From Deltaproteobacteria bacterium (GTDB lineage: Bacteria; Myxococcota_A; UBA9160; UBA4427), in contig NZHD01000020.1 in the NCBI GenBank assembly GCA_002691205.1, forward strand, positions 92,995-156,994: a DNA stretch of 64,000 bases, written 5' to 3'. The notes beneath the pieces are model-generated. The model did not search any database, was not told the DNA's origin, and saw nothing but the letters and a program-made list of their open reading frames with translations. The position numbers and the translations under genes are program-made. Below, in pieces: positions 27,058 to 37,153 of this stretch. Each line of letters starts with the position of its first letter. Position 1 is the first letter of the stretch.

Positions 27058-28821
27058 ATGCGCACGGTCAGGATTCACATGAGTGAGGCCCCCTTGTCAG
27101 GCGATCTCGAACTTGGACAGATCCTTTTGCGAACGACTCGTTTGTCTCCGGAGCAGCTGGCTCGAGCCCGCTCATGCCAAGACGAGCGGGCCGAAAGGCT
27201 CAGCGAGGTGCTTATTGAAGAAGGCATGCTCAACTCAGACGAAGTCCTGCACGCTTTAGCCGAGCAGTTCGGACTCAACGTACAACAAACGATTTCACTC
27301 GAGGACATCGACGAGGAACTAGCGCATCAGGTTCCAATCGGCTTCGCAAAGCAACACCGGGTTTTGCCGACCTCCATGGATGAAAACCGAGGCATCATCC
27401 ATGTAATCGCCGCCGACCCTCTAGACCCCGGCCCCATTGATGATTTGCGAATCCTTTTCAACGGAGCCGATGTCGAGCTAAGCCTAGCGAGCGAGAGCGT
27501 CATTCTCTCGGCCATCAACCAAGTCTATGATCGAGGTGGCGTTTCCACGGATCAACTCGCGGAGGAGGCCAACGAAGACCTCGATGCTCTAGCCGATAGA
27601 GCATCCAATGAGCCCCAGGACCTCCTTGAAGCCACAGACGACGCTCCGATTATTAAACTCGTCAACTCCATGCTGCAGCACGCTGTAAAAGAACGCGCCA
27701 GCGATGTTCACATCGAACCCTTCGAGAAAGAAATCCGCATTCGCTTTCGAATCGACGATGTCCTTTACGAACCGATGAAGCCGCTCCCCAGAAGCTTGCA
27801 GGCCAGTATTGCCTCCCGGATCAAGATCATGGGGGGACTCGACATCGCCGAAAAGCGACTCCCTCAAGACGGTCGGATACGGCTCAAAATCGCAGGTCGG
27901 GATTATGATGTTCGACTCTCTACACTTCCTGTTGCCTTCGGTGAAAGGTTAGTCCTTCGCCTTCTGCCAGATAGCCAAGCCCTACTCGACCTCCCAAAGA
28001 TTGGCTTCGGCGAAGAGATGATTCGAGTTCTTGACCGAATCATCCGGCGACCGAACGGCATCTTCCTCGTCACCGGCCCCACCGGTAGCGGAAAAACCAC
28101 CACTCTACATGCATGTCTCTCCGAGATTAATGATTCTGAAAAGAATATTATTACGATTGAAGAACCTGTCGAAATCACGCAAGAGGGCATCGGGCAGATC
28201 GAGGTGAATCCAAAAGTCAACCTAACCTTTGCGACAGGACTCAGGGCCATCCTCAGGCAGGACCCCAACGTGGTGCTCGTAGGCGAAATCCGTGACAAAG
28301 AGACCGCGGACATTGCCATTCAGGCCTCACTCACCGGGCACTTGGTTTTATCAACCCTGCACACAAATGATGCTGCGAGCGCTATTACTCGACTTGTGGA
28401 TCAAGGCGTGGAGCCGTTTCTGGTTGGCTCGTCTCTCGTTGCGGTCCTAGCCCAAAGGCTCGTTCGCATTCTGTGCACCGAGTGCCGTGAAGCTTATACG
28501 GCGACAAACGATGAACTGATTGAGATGGGCGTCGAGCCATCGGGGCAGCCGGTCACACTCTACAAGGCAACGGGTTGCACTGCCTGCGTCCATACGGGAT
28601 ACCGAGGTCGGATCGGAATTTTTGAGTTGATGGTCGTCGACGATAATATTCGGGGAATGGTTTCACAAAATGTCGACGCAAAAACGATCAAGAAGCAAGC
28701 CGTCAATCAAGGCATGGGGACACTTCGTGCCGACGGGGCCCGCAAGGTTCTCAATGGACTCACCTCGTTGGCCGAACTCATGCGTGCTACTGAAGAGGAA
28801 GGCACGGTCGACCAGATTTAA
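27058..28821 (+). CDS. gspE: Type II secretion ATPase GspE
   Basis: ASDVHIEP, RLPQDG, GPTGSGKTTT, RQDPNVVLVGEIRD, TLHTND, CxxC/CxxC, YRGRIG; the start may be ATG 27079. Confidence 0.96.
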   Translation: MRTVRIHMSEAPLSGDLELGQILLRTTRLSPEQLARARSCQDERAERLSEVLIEEGMLNSDEVLHALAEQFGLNVQQTISLEDIDEELAHQVPIGFAKQHRVLPTSMDENRGIIHVIAADPLDPGPIDDLRILFNGADVELSLASESVILSAINQVYDRGGVSTDQLAEEANEDLDALADRASNEPQDLLEATDDAPIIKLVNSMLQHAVKERASDVHIEPFEKEIRIRFRIDDVLYEPMKPLPRSLQASIASRIKIMGGLDIAEKRLPQDGRIRLKIAGRDYDVRLSTLPVAFGERLVLRLLPDSQALLDLPKIGFGEEMIRVLDRIIRRPNGIFLVTGPTGSGKTTTLHACLSEINDSEKNIITIEEPVEITQEGIGQIEVNPKVNLTFATGLRAILRQDPNVVLVGEIRDKETADIAIQASLTGHLVLSTLHTNDAASAITRLVDQGVEPFLVGSSLVAVLAQRLVRILCTECREAYTATNDELIEMGVEPSGQPVTLYKATGCTACVHTGYRGRIGIFELMVVDDNIRGMVSQNVDAKTIKKQAVNQGMGTLRADGARKVLNGLTSLAELMRATEEEGTVDQI

Positions 28822-28831
28822 ATTTTCAGAT

Positions 28832-28860
28832 CGAGTCGCCCTGCCCTAAAAAGCGACTCG
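28832..28860. repeat. Intergenic inverted repeat between gspE and gspF
   Basis: CGAGTCGC-N13-GCGACTCG with no U-tract. Confidence 0.5.
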
Positions 28861-28985
28861 GCCTACATTTTTGATAAAAAATCTCTAAATGATGCCACCC
28901 AGCGACACGAAAAGTGCGTTTGCCAACTTAACGACCTGAATGCTACCGCGCACGAGTCAAAAGTTCGGTTCAAAGGAATTACACC

Positions 28986-30218
28986 GTGCCTACTTACTCT
29001 TACAAAGGCGTGTCCAATGCGGGAAAAACCGTAAAAGGAAACGTCAGCGCCGAGAACATTAAGGCGGCTAGAACACGTGTAAGGAGTGACGGAGTCATCC
29101 TCACGGACCTGATTGAAAACGACGCTTCAAATGACGCACAAAAAAAAGAATCGTTCGGACCCAGCTTTGAATTTGAGTTTCTATCACGAATTCCAGCGAC
29201 AGAGCGATCCATCGCAACTCGACAGCTCGCCACTCTTATTTCCTCGGGGATCCCGCTCGTTGAGTCCCTCAGCGCCCTAGTTGAACAAATCGAGCATCGC
29301 GGTCTAAAGAACGTCATTTCTCAAGTTCGAGATCGCGTCAACGAAGGAGCATCCCTCGCGGAAGCGTTGTCGGCGTCTGGCAAGTTCGACACGCTCTACA
29401 TCAGCATGGTGAGAGCCGGTGAAGCCAGCGGCGCACTTGACACAGTGTTAGCCCGAATGGCCGACTACTTAGAGGACCAAGTTCGACTCTCCGGCAAAGT
29501 AACTTCGATCCTTGTATACCCCGCCTCGATGCTCGCGTTTACTCTTTTGGTGGTGGCCTTGCTAGTCACCGTCGTTCTTCCGCAAATCAACGACCTGCTC
29601 CTATCACTCGGAGGAGAGCTGCCTTTTTTTACTCGTGTCATCATTAGCGGTTCGGACTTTATCTCCGCCTGGTGGTGGCTCATCCTGATCGGCATCATTG
29701 CTTTGCTTGTAAGCTTTCGAGCCTACAAAAAAACCGAGCAAGGGCGAATCGCCGTCGATCGCTTCATTTTAAAACTGCCCATCATTGGCAGAGTCTCTCG
29801 AACAATTGCCATCGCACGCTTCTCGCGAACTTTCTCGTCCCTTCTCTCGGGCGGCGTGAGCATCATCCAAGCCTTGGATATCTCTCGCCATGTTGCCCGG
29901 AACGCCGTCATTGAAGAGGCCGTTGAGAACGCACGCACAAGCGTTCTTGAAGGAGCCTCCCTGGCTCAACCACTCAGAGCCAGCGGCCAATTTCCGCCCA
30001 TGGTCCTTACCATGGTCGAAGTGGGAGAACGTGCCGGTGAACTTGAGTCGATGCTGGTCAAAGTCGCTGAAACCTACGACGAGCAGGTCGAAACCACCAT
30101 CACAAAGCTCACATCCCTGATGGAGCCCCTTCTCATCCTCATCATGGTCGGAATCGTACTCTTTATTATTATGGCTACCCTTATGCCATTGATGTCCGTC
30201 ACAAACTCACTGGGCTAA
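28986..30218 (+). CDS. gspF: Type II secretion inner membrane protein GspF
   Basis: RQLATLISSGIPL, AGEASGAL, YP, GERAGELE, MEP motifs. Confidence 0.96.
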   Translation: MPTYSYKGVSNAGKTVKGNVSAENIKAARTRVRSDGVILTDLIENDASNDAQKKESFGPSFEFEFLSRIPATERSIATRQLATLISSGIPLVESLSALVEQIEHRGLKNVISQVRDRVNEGASLAEALSASGKFDTLYISMVRAGEASGALDTVLARMADYLEDQVRLSGKVTSILVYPASMLAFTLLVVALLVTVVLPQINDLLLSLGGELPFFTRVIISGSDFISAWWWLILIGIIALLVSFRAYKKTEQGRIAVDRFILKLPIIGRVSRTIAIARFSRTFSSLLSGGVSIIQALDISRHVARNAVIEEAVENARTSVLEGASLAQPLRASGQFPPMVLTMVEVGERAGELESMLVKVAETYDEQVETTITKLTSLMEPLLILIMVGIVLFIIMATLMPLMSVTNSLG

Positions 30219-30277
30219 TGCCCGCACAATTCATCGAGAAAGACACCAACAGTCTCGAAGTCAGAAAGGAAAACATC

Positions 30278-30769
30278 GTGCATACCCAAAAACACATCGC
30301 AGTCCATCCATCGAAAAAAGTGCTCAATCACGGATTTACATTGATTGAGATTATGGCCGTGGTTCTCATTATGGGACTGCTGATGGGAATTATCGGCGTA
30401 AGCATCAGTGGCCAAATCGACAAAGCTCGATCAGCCACAGCTCGAGCGCAGATCAGTCAACTGGAAAGCGCACTTGAGTTCTACCGGATGGACAATGGAC
30501 GCTACCCCAATACAGCTCAGGGACTCGATGCCCTCGTCAACCGTCCGACCTCGGAGCCCGAACCCCGCAACTATCCGACCGGGGGGTACCTCAAAAAATC
30601 AAATGCCATCCTAGATCCCTGGGGAGAACCCTTTCAATACGAATATCCTGGATCACGAAACGCTCACTCTTTTGACGTCTGGACGCAGGGAGCCGATCAA
30701 TCCCCCGGCGGCGAAGGTGGAGATGGAGACATCGGGAACTGGGAAGCCGAGAAATTCGAGGGAGCCTAG
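30278..30769 (+). CDS. gspG: Major pseudopilin GspG
   Basis: G|FTLIEIMAV, ALEFYRMDNGRYP, DPWG, GADQ..GGEG..DIGNW; GTG start after AAGGA. Confidence 0.95.
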   Translation: MHTQKHIAVHPSKKVLNHGFTLIEIMAVVLIMGLLMGIIGVSISGQIDKARSATARAQISQLESALEFYRMDNGRYPNTAQGLDALVNRPTSEPEPRNYPTGGYLKKSNAILDPWGEPFQYEYPGSRNAHSFDVWTQGADQSPGGEGGDGDIGNWEAEKFEGA

Positions 30770-30772
30770 TTC

Positions 30773-31378
30773 TTGGGAAACCAAGGCCGTACCTCTCAAG
30801 AGGGCTTTACACTCATTGAAATGATGGCGGTGGTCGCCATCATCGGTTTGATGTTGGGCGTCATGTTGCCCAATTTGACAGCCACGAGAGGGTCCGAACT
30901 CAAAAGACAGGCTCAAGACCTAGCCTCCTATTTAGAACTCGCTCGAGAGAGAGCCATCGTAACGAGCTCACCTCATCGAGTCTGGATCGAAATGGAGGAA
31001 GGCGCTTTTCGAGTAGATTGGTGGGTGAGCGAGGAGAAGGCCTTTGGCGAGCTCGAAGAAGGAGAAAATCTCAATTCACAAGCCTCCATCCAGACAGACC
31101 GATACTCACTCACACCGCCCGCGGCTGAATATCGAGACTACTTCCCCATCCCTTCTCGGTTCGGACGCGAGCAATGGCTTGAAGACGATACATTTTTTGA
31201 GGGAATCAATACGGAAACAGGCTGGGTAACCGAAGGTGAAGTTCAACTCGTCTTTCAAACAGATGGAAGCACAGACTATGCAGAGCTCACCCTCACCGAT
31301 GATTGGGGAAACCAAGTGATTCTTGAGGTCCAACCCTTGCTCGATTACGTTCGCGTTCATAGAGTTGAAGAGGATTAG
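30773..31378 (+). CDS. gspH: Minor pseudopilin GspH
   Basis: G|FTLIEMMAV and position in the operon. Confidence 0.8.
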   Translation: MGNQGRTSQEGFTLIEMMAVVAIIGLMLGVMLPNLTATRGSELKRQAQDLASYLELARERAIVTSSPHRVWIEMEEGAFRVDWWVSEEKAFGELEEGENLNSQASIQTDRYSLTPPAAEYRDYFPIPSRFGREQWLEDDTFFEGINTETGWVTEGEVQLVFQTDGSTDYAELTLTDDWGNQVILEVQPLLDYVRVHRVEED

Positions 31379-31383
31379 TCTTC

Positions 31384-32037
31384 GTGCTCCCCCGAGTCAC
31401 CCGTCACGCTTCGCCTGCGAAAAGAAACCAAGGATTTACCCTTCTTGAAGTCCTAGGAGCAGTCGCCGTTCTCGGGATTTGGTATTTCGTTCTCGCCGCC
31501 TTAGCGACGGATGGACTGCTCAAACAAGGTCAGAATCTAAGAAAGCTCCAAGCTGGAATCATCGCGGACCGGGTCCTCGCTGAACTGGAAGTCAGCTCCC
31601 TGGGCGGCTCTGTCCCTGAGAGGATGGACGAGACGCTTGAGGGCGAACTTCCCGAGGATGAGATTTTCACGATTCGCAAACAGGTCCACGAATTCACCCT
31701 TGACTATCGCCCCGCCAATGCCCCAAGAGAAGAGCTCGTTCTCTATGGCGCTACTCCGGACGAGAGGCTTCCCCTCCCAAACCTCCTCGGTCAAAATATT
31801 CCAGGCTTCGCTCAGCACCTGTATACGGTGAAGGTTCAAGTTTCATGGACTGAAGGATTCATGGCAGCAGAGAGCGTACATCGCACCAGTTACGTCTTTG
31901 ACATGCTTTCCGCTGCCGAAGTCTACGAGTCCGCCGAAATAAAGGAAGCAGACGAGGCCGACGAAGAGGATCAAGCCGAGGAGGAAGAACCTAGTTCCGG
32001 GCGCAACTCTAAAAGTCTTGAGGAGCAAGCAGAATGA
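31384..32037 (+). CDS. gspI: Minor pseudopilin GspI-like, acidic C-tail
   Basis: G|FTLLEVLGA and position in the operon. Confidence 0.72.
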   Translation: MLPRVTRHASPAKRNQGFTLLEVLGAVAVLGIWYFVLAALATDGLLKQGQNLRKLQAGIIADRVLAELEVSSLGGSVPERMDETLEGELPEDEIFTIRKQVHEFTLDYRPANAPREELVLYGATPDERLPLPNLLGQNIPGFAQHLYTVKVQVSWTEGFMAAESVHRTSYVFDMLSAAEVYESAEIKEADEADEEDQAEEEEPSSGRNSKSLEEQAE

Positions 32038-33044
32038 AAGCCACCTCCCAGAGTTCTGCAGTCCACGGCTTTACGCTGCTTGAGGTCTTAGCCGCAATTT
32101 TCCTGACTTCGGTCATCACCGCTTTTGCCGTTGGATTCTATATCAACCTCTCAGATTCGAGTTCACGAGCCACCGAAGTCATGCGAGAAGGCATCCGGGC
32201 CACCGCCGTCCTCAATCGCATCGCAAGAGATCTGGACAGCGCCACCCTCATGGTGAAAGCCGAAGAAGCAGACCCGCTCACACACCCCTGGTACTTCGTC
32301 GCCGAAAGTGACTTTGCCTTTGATGGGGCTGACCGAATCAAATTTATCTCACGCAACCATAAGCCCACAGCGAGTTCAACTCATACCTCGGATCTCATCC
32401 AAGTGGCCTATCAAACCACTCCAGAAGAGGACGAAACCCTGAGCCTCTATCGCTGGATCAGCCCCGCTCTGCCCGAAGGGTATGATGGATCTTTTCCTAG
32501 CCTAGATGATCCTCAAAGCTTCATTGTCGCTGAAGGACTCTCATCGTTCTCGATGCAATTTCTCACCTCCGAGGGTGAGTGGGTTGAGCAATGGGACTCC
32601 ACACAACTTGAAAGATCTGGCCAGCTCCCCATGGGCATCAGAATTAACTTATCCCTTTCTACGGAAGAAGAGGGCCCGATGGATCAACTCGAAGAGCCCC
32701 GCCTATACTCGCGGCACCTCAACCTCCGGAACACGCCGATTAATCTAGAACAGATGCTTTTAGCCAAAATGGAGGCCGAAAATGGTGGTCCTCGAGAAGC
32801 CAGGCGAGGCGGATTGGGCAATGAAGAGGGGATTGATCTAGATGGCGACGGCGAACCTGATGTTCTAAGCGGAGATTCCAACAACCCGAACTCTCCAGCT
32901 GCACCCGGCTCTGTTGCGGACTGCATACGAAAGAACTGGGATCAATGTTCCACACGATTTGGGACGGCCAACTGTAGTCAGTGGTCCACGCTGTCTCAAT
33001 CTCAAGTCAGTAGTTTCGGAATTGATTTATCATGGTGCCAATAA
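32034..33044 (+). CDS. gspJ: Minor pseudopilin GspJ-like with C-terminal extension
   Basis: G|FTLLEVLAA, RIARDL, GQLPMGIRINL and position in the operon. Confidence 0.78.
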   Translation: MKATSQSSAVHGFTLLEVLAAIFLTSVITAFAVGFYINLSDSSSRATEVMREGIRATAVLNRIARDLDSATLMVKAEEADPLTHPWYFVAESDFAFDGADRIKFISRNHKPTASSTHTSDLIQVAYQTTPEEDETLSLYRWISPALPEGYDGSFPSLDDPQSFIVAEGLSSFSMQFLTSEGEWVEQWDSTQLERSGQLPMGIRINLSLSTEEEGPMDQLEEPRLYSRHLNLRNTPINLEQMLLAKMEAENGGPREARRGGLGNEEGIDLDGDGEPDVLSGDSNNPNSPAAPGSVADCIRKNWDQCSTRFGTANCSQWSTLSQSQVSSFGIDLSWCQ

Positions 33045-34129
33045 TGAAACCCACCAGCAAGCGCCTACAGGGAGTGGTCCTTCCGCTTGTACTCATTATC
33101 GGACTTCTGCTGTCTGCAGGGATTTTTACTTTCGTTCGTCGAAGTATTGTAGACGGCATCCTCGTGGCCAATCGCGACAACGGTGCGGCCGCTATGGCCC
33201 TTGCGCGAGGCGGAGTGCAGATCGGAACGGCCGTTCTCTATCAACAAAGATACTCCTCACAAATTCAAGCGATGGAAGGTCGAGATCCAGGGGCGACACT
33301 TGATGACTTCTGGGCCCAAATCAGGCACAGCAACCTGACCACCGAATGGGGCGGAAGCCTCGTCATCGAAATCGAAGATGCAGGTGCCCGGCTGAATCTC
33401 AACTCGCTTGTCCCGCACGCCGTTCCAAACGAGGAGGGTGAAGTCAGTGCTGAATCTCAGGCCTCAGAGGACACGGAAGAATTTCTCGTTGAATTGCTCC
33501 GAAAAATCATCTCCGAAATTCCACCGAACTCTGGCGAAGAACTCGTCTATGACGAAAGAGAGCTAGCACGAAACCTCATCGACTACCTCGATGCTGATGA
33601 TGTCGCAATCAACGGCCGAAACGAAAACGACTATTACCTAAGCCAGAATCCACCCCATTCCCAAGCCAACGGCCCCATCCTAAGCATGGAAGAGGTCGCT
33701 ATGATCGAAGGTTTTGATGCCCGGCTCGCAGAGGCAATGAAGCCCTACATCACAGTTTATCCTCTCTTCGGAGAAGAAGGGATCAACCTCAATACTGCAC
33801 CCAGTCATGTGCTTTCTCTGATCTACCATGGAAGCAGCGGTGACATGCGACTGGCCAGCGAGGCGATGGTGGGAGACATCATGCAAGCCCGGGAAACCGA
33901 CCGCTTTGTCTGCAGTCAAACGGAGAGTGATCCAGACAAATGCATCTCCCTCACCGAAGTTGGACTGGGCGAGGGTGGAATTTTCCCCCCAGTCACCCTG
34001 CCGCAGGTTTCCCTTGTCTTCAAAATTACTTCTCGGGGGGAAGTCAACCAGGTGGCGAAGACCGTCGAGGCCGTAATCGATCTGACGAACAGAGAATCAC
34101 CACAGCTGCTATCTTGGAAATCCAATTAG
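33044..34129 (+). CDS. gspK: Minor pseudopilin GspK
   Basis: QG|VVLPLVL, IEDAGARLNLN, IDYLDADD, EEVAMIEGF, INLNTAP; ATG overlaps the gspJ stop. Confidence 0.9.
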   Translation: MKPTSKRLQGVVLPLVLIIGLLLSAGIFTFVRRSIVDGILVANRDNGAAAMALARGGVQIGTAVLYQQRYSSQIQAMEGRDPGATLDDFWAQIRHSNLTTEWGGSLVIEIEDAGARLNLNSLVPHAVPNEEGEVSAESQASEDTEEFLVELLRKIISEIPPNSGEELVYDERELARNLIDYLDADDVAINGRNENDYYLSQNPPHSQANGPILSMEEVAMIEGFDARLAEAMKPYITVYPLFGEEGINLNTAPSHVLSLIYHGSSGDMRLASEAMVGDIMQARETDRFVCSQTESDPDKCISLTEVGLGEGGIFPPVTLPQVSLVFKITSRGEVNQVAKTVEAVIDLTNRESPQLLSWKSN

Positions 34130-34152
34130 AGGGCCGAAAAGAGAGACCAACG

Positions 34153-35727
34153 ATGCCAATGCTCAAAAATGTACTCGGGCTAGACCTGGGATCACAAGCC
34201 TTCAAGGCCGTGGAGTTCAAACAAACCCTACGAGGACTTGAACTCGTGCAGATGAGGATTCACTCTCGCGCTTCTGATGAAATTGACTTTTCCGAGCAGG
34301 TCCGTGATTTCATTCAGCAAAATGAATTCTCCACCGAGTACGTCTGCTCAGCAGTCCCCGGAAGCCTCGTCTCAAGCCGGACCGTCGATTTTCCGTTCCG
34401 CGATCGAAAAAGGCTTAATCAAGCCGTTCCGTTTCAAGTCGAAGGCGATATCCCCTTCGATATCGAGGACGTGCTCATCGAGTGGCAAATCATCGGTGGT
34501 GATCGAAACCACTCCACGGTCAACACGAGTGTCGCTCAGCGAAGCCACATCTCCGAACTCGTCGAGAAACTCGCAGAGGCCAACGTACAGTCCCGAGTCA
34601 TTGAGTCAGGGGGGCTCGTCCTTGCAAATCTGACGACACTTTTTGAACTTGAGGGAAGTCGAGTTCTCGTCGATCTGGGTCATACCCAAACCACTTTCTG
34701 CCTGCTACGTGACGGCCAACCCATTGGAACCCGAACGGTCCCAGTTGGAGGGCGAGCGATTACCCAAGCCATGGCCAGTGATCGGGGGCTAGACCTGACG
34801 GATGCAGAAAGACTCAAATGCGAACAAGGTATTTTTGAAGAAGGTTGGGGAAGTCCCTATCCCAACGCGGTGGCCGCGGTCGATCGAATTGCCAGAGAAA
34901 TTCTGAGAAGTATCGAGGGCTCCAGCACCCCAACCGGTGAGCCCGCAAATCCGTCCATGTTCGAGATCACGCTCATGGGAGGAGGAGCACATCTCAAGGG
35001 GATCTCTGAATATCTAAGTGAGCGTACAGGGATTCATACTTCTCTAATTGCCGCCCCTGAAGATAGTGAAGAGGCCCAACTCGCCTCGGGAGGAGACCCC
35101 GTTCTCTTCGGACCCGCCATTGCGCTCGCTCTTCGAGGCACATCGCGTGCGACTACCCAATCCAACTTTCGAAAAGAAGACTTCGCGTTCAAGACGGACT
35201 ACGGCTGGTTACGTAGCAAGGAGCTACGGCCTACCCTTGTGCTCGCCGGCCTGACACTCCTGCTCCTTGGGGCCTCTAGCATTGCTTCCATCAGCATAGA
35301 ATCCAATCGTGCCGATAGAATGGAAAGACAGATCGCAAGTCAATATGGCCGAGCCTTCCCTGGCGAACCCATCCCGAATCGTCCTGTCGCCGCTATGCGA
35401 CAAGCCGTAGATGATGCACGCGAACGGGCTGATTTTCTGGGACTCTACGGAGGCAACCTGTCCGCACTCGACCTCTTGTCTCTCCTCTCGGAGAAAATTC
35501 CACCAGATTTAAAAATACGCTTCGAAGAAGTAAACATCGACCGAAATGTGATTCGAATTAAGGTCGTTGCCGAGAATTATGAGTCACAGGATCGAATGGA
35601 AAACTTACTCCGGTCGGAGACCGTTTTCTCGGAAGCGAATGTCTCAGGAAGTGCCAAACGGATGAAGGATGGCAGCGTCACTTTCGCGCTGAGCATTCCA
35701 CTTGAACAGGTGGGGGAAGAATCGTGA
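34153..35727 (+). CDS. gspL: GspL/PilM-like actin-fold assembly protein with TM and periplasmic domain
   Basis: LGLDLGS, VDLGH..T, GGRAIT, LMGGGA, then a TM helix; start moved to MPMLKNV. Confidence 0.85.
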   Translation: MPMLKNVLGLDLGSQAFKAVEFKQTLRGLELVQMRIHSRASDEIDFSEQVRDFIQQNEFSTEYVCSAVPGSLVSSRTVDFPFRDRKRLNQAVPFQVEGDIPFDIEDVLIEWQIIGGDRNHSTVNTSVAQRSHISELVEKLAEANVQSRVIESGGLVLANLTTLFELEGSRVLVDLGHTQTTFCLLRDGQPIGTRTVPVGGRAITQAMASDRGLDLTDAERLKCEQGIFEEGWGSPYPNAVAAVDRIAREILRSIEGSSTPTGEPANPSMFEITLMGGGAHLKGISEYLSERTGIHTSLIAAPEDSEEAQLASGGDPVLFGPAIALALRGTSRATTQSNFRKEDFAFKTDYGWLRSKELRPTLVLAGLTLLLLGASSIASISIESNRADRMERQIASQYGRAFPGEPIPNRPVAAMRQAVDDARERADFLGLYGGNLSALDLLSLLSEKIPPDLKIRFEEVNIDRNVIRIKVVAENYESQDRMENLLRSETVFSEANVSGSAKRMKDGSVTFALSIPLEQVGEES

Positions 35728-36281
35728 ATAGTATCCTCGAGCAGTTGCGCTCGACTTGGACAAACCTATCGCCTAGAGAGCAAATCCTTCTCGGAGTTCT
35801 GGGCGTCGGACTGGGGCTCAGCATTCTCCTCTTCGGGATGATCATGCCATTCGTGCAAATGGCGGATCGTGCAGAGGAGCGAGTCGATTCGGCGCAGCGT
35901 CAAGCCCAGCTCATGCAACGGTTAAGTGCAGAGCACAGCGAGATCCAAAACCGACTCTCTGGTGTAGAGCAACGGATACAAACTCAAGGAGGTCGACAAA
36001 ATATAAAAACGCTCCTTGAAAGCCTGGCTCAAAAATCCTCTGTACGAATCGCATCCATGGAAGAGCGTCAAGCGGGCAAGAACAACCAGTATCGAGAAAC
36101 CAAGGTAGAAGTCACGTTAAAAGGGGTCTCTCTAGGGCAGACCATTCGATACCTTCACAACATCGAAGACTCAAACCAACAACTCTCAGTGAAGGGGCTT
36201 CGAATTAAATCAAAGAAGTCGGGTAACGAAGCGCAACTTCTCGATATCACCTTTTCTGTTTCCTCTTTCGAAGCGGCCTAA
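35724..36281 (+). CDS. gspM: Type II secretion protein GspM
   Basis: LSPREQILL + TM + coiled coil + ferredoxin-like C-terminus. Confidence 0.85.
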   Translation: MNSILEQLRSTWTNLSPREQILLGVLGVGLGLSILLFGMIMPFVQMADRAEERVDSAQRQAQLMQRLSAEHSEIQNRLSGVEQRIQTQGGRQNIKTLLESLAQKSSVRIASMEERQAGKNNQYRETKVEVTLKGVSLGQTIRYLHNIEDSNQQLSVKGLRIKSKKSGNEAQLLDITFSVSSFEAA

Positions 36282-36298
36282 GGCCGCGCAGGACTTAG

Positions 36299-37153
36299 AT
36301 GATCAACCTACTCAGAGACCCCCTTCCAAAATCCCTAATCTGGATCGGGATGCCCATCATCGCCATCGTATTGATCATCCTGTTGTTTTTTATACGCTTC
36401 CCTTACGATGAGTTCCGCGTACCTCTTCAAAATCAATTAAGCCAAATCTCGAATGCCGAAGTTCGAATCGGTACCATAGAACCCGCTTTCACTTGGGCTG
36501 GACCCGCACTCGCTGCAGTCGATGTGAATTTTATCCAGCCCAACCAGCCCAGAATGACTTTGGAGCGAATTCAGCTTCGGCCGGCTTGGTCTTCCGGTTG
36601 GTTCAACTTAGCCCCAACCTTAGACGTCGGAATCACCAGCCCACTCGGTTCAGCCCAAGGCATGCTTTCACTTGGAAGTGCTCCTCGCTGGACAGGCACC
36701 ATCAACCTCCCTGATCTCTCAGCCCTCCCTCTGCCTGAAACAATCCCAGTGGGCCTGACGGGCTCTCTCATCGCAGAGGCAGATCTCCAACTTCGAGCCG
36801 GTCAGGCAGCGGGTCCTGTGGAGTTCGAAGCGCTAGCCGGCAGTTTTAGCCATCCAGAGATCCCCATCCCCGTCGAATTCAAACGGCTGATCGGCGAACT
36901 CGCCTTGGGAGGCCAGAATCTACTGGAAGTCAAAGAACTCCTCCTCGATGGCCCCGTCATCGCCGCCGATATTGGCGGAGTCATTCAAAATCCAACCCAA
37001 GGGATGGCTCCAGCCATCGACCTTGATGTCATCATTGAGGTCAAGAGTCCTCCTCTGAGGGCTATGCTTATGGGAATGGGTGTGCAGTTAGACCGAGCCG
37101 GACGGACGTCCATCGAACTCGGCGGCACTCTCACCCGGCCCATCACACGTTGA
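36299..37153 (+). CDS. gspN: Type II secretion protein GspN
   Basis: TM followed by RFPYDE, beta-rich body, GGTLTRP terminus. Confidence 0.8.
   Translation: MINLLRDPLPKSLIWIGMPIIAIVLIILLFFIRFPYDEFRVPLQNQLSQISNAEVRIGTIEPAFTWAGPALAAVDVNFIQPNQPRMTLERIQLRPAWSSGWFNLAPTLDVGITSPLGSAQGMLSLGSAPRWTGTINLPDLSALPLPETIPVGLTGSLIAEADLQLRAGQAAGPVEFEALAGSFSHPEIPIPVEFKRLIGELALGGQNLLEVKELLLDGPVIAADIGGVIQNPTQGMAPAIDLDVIIEVKSPPLRAMLMGMGVQLDRAGRTSIELGGTLTRPITR

Noticed and set aside
23575-37153. Type IV pilus system rather than T2SS
   Set aside because: GspC, GspK, GspN and the gspG DPWG/DIGNW signature are present and there is no PilT; the PilM-like fold of GspL is common in this operon type.
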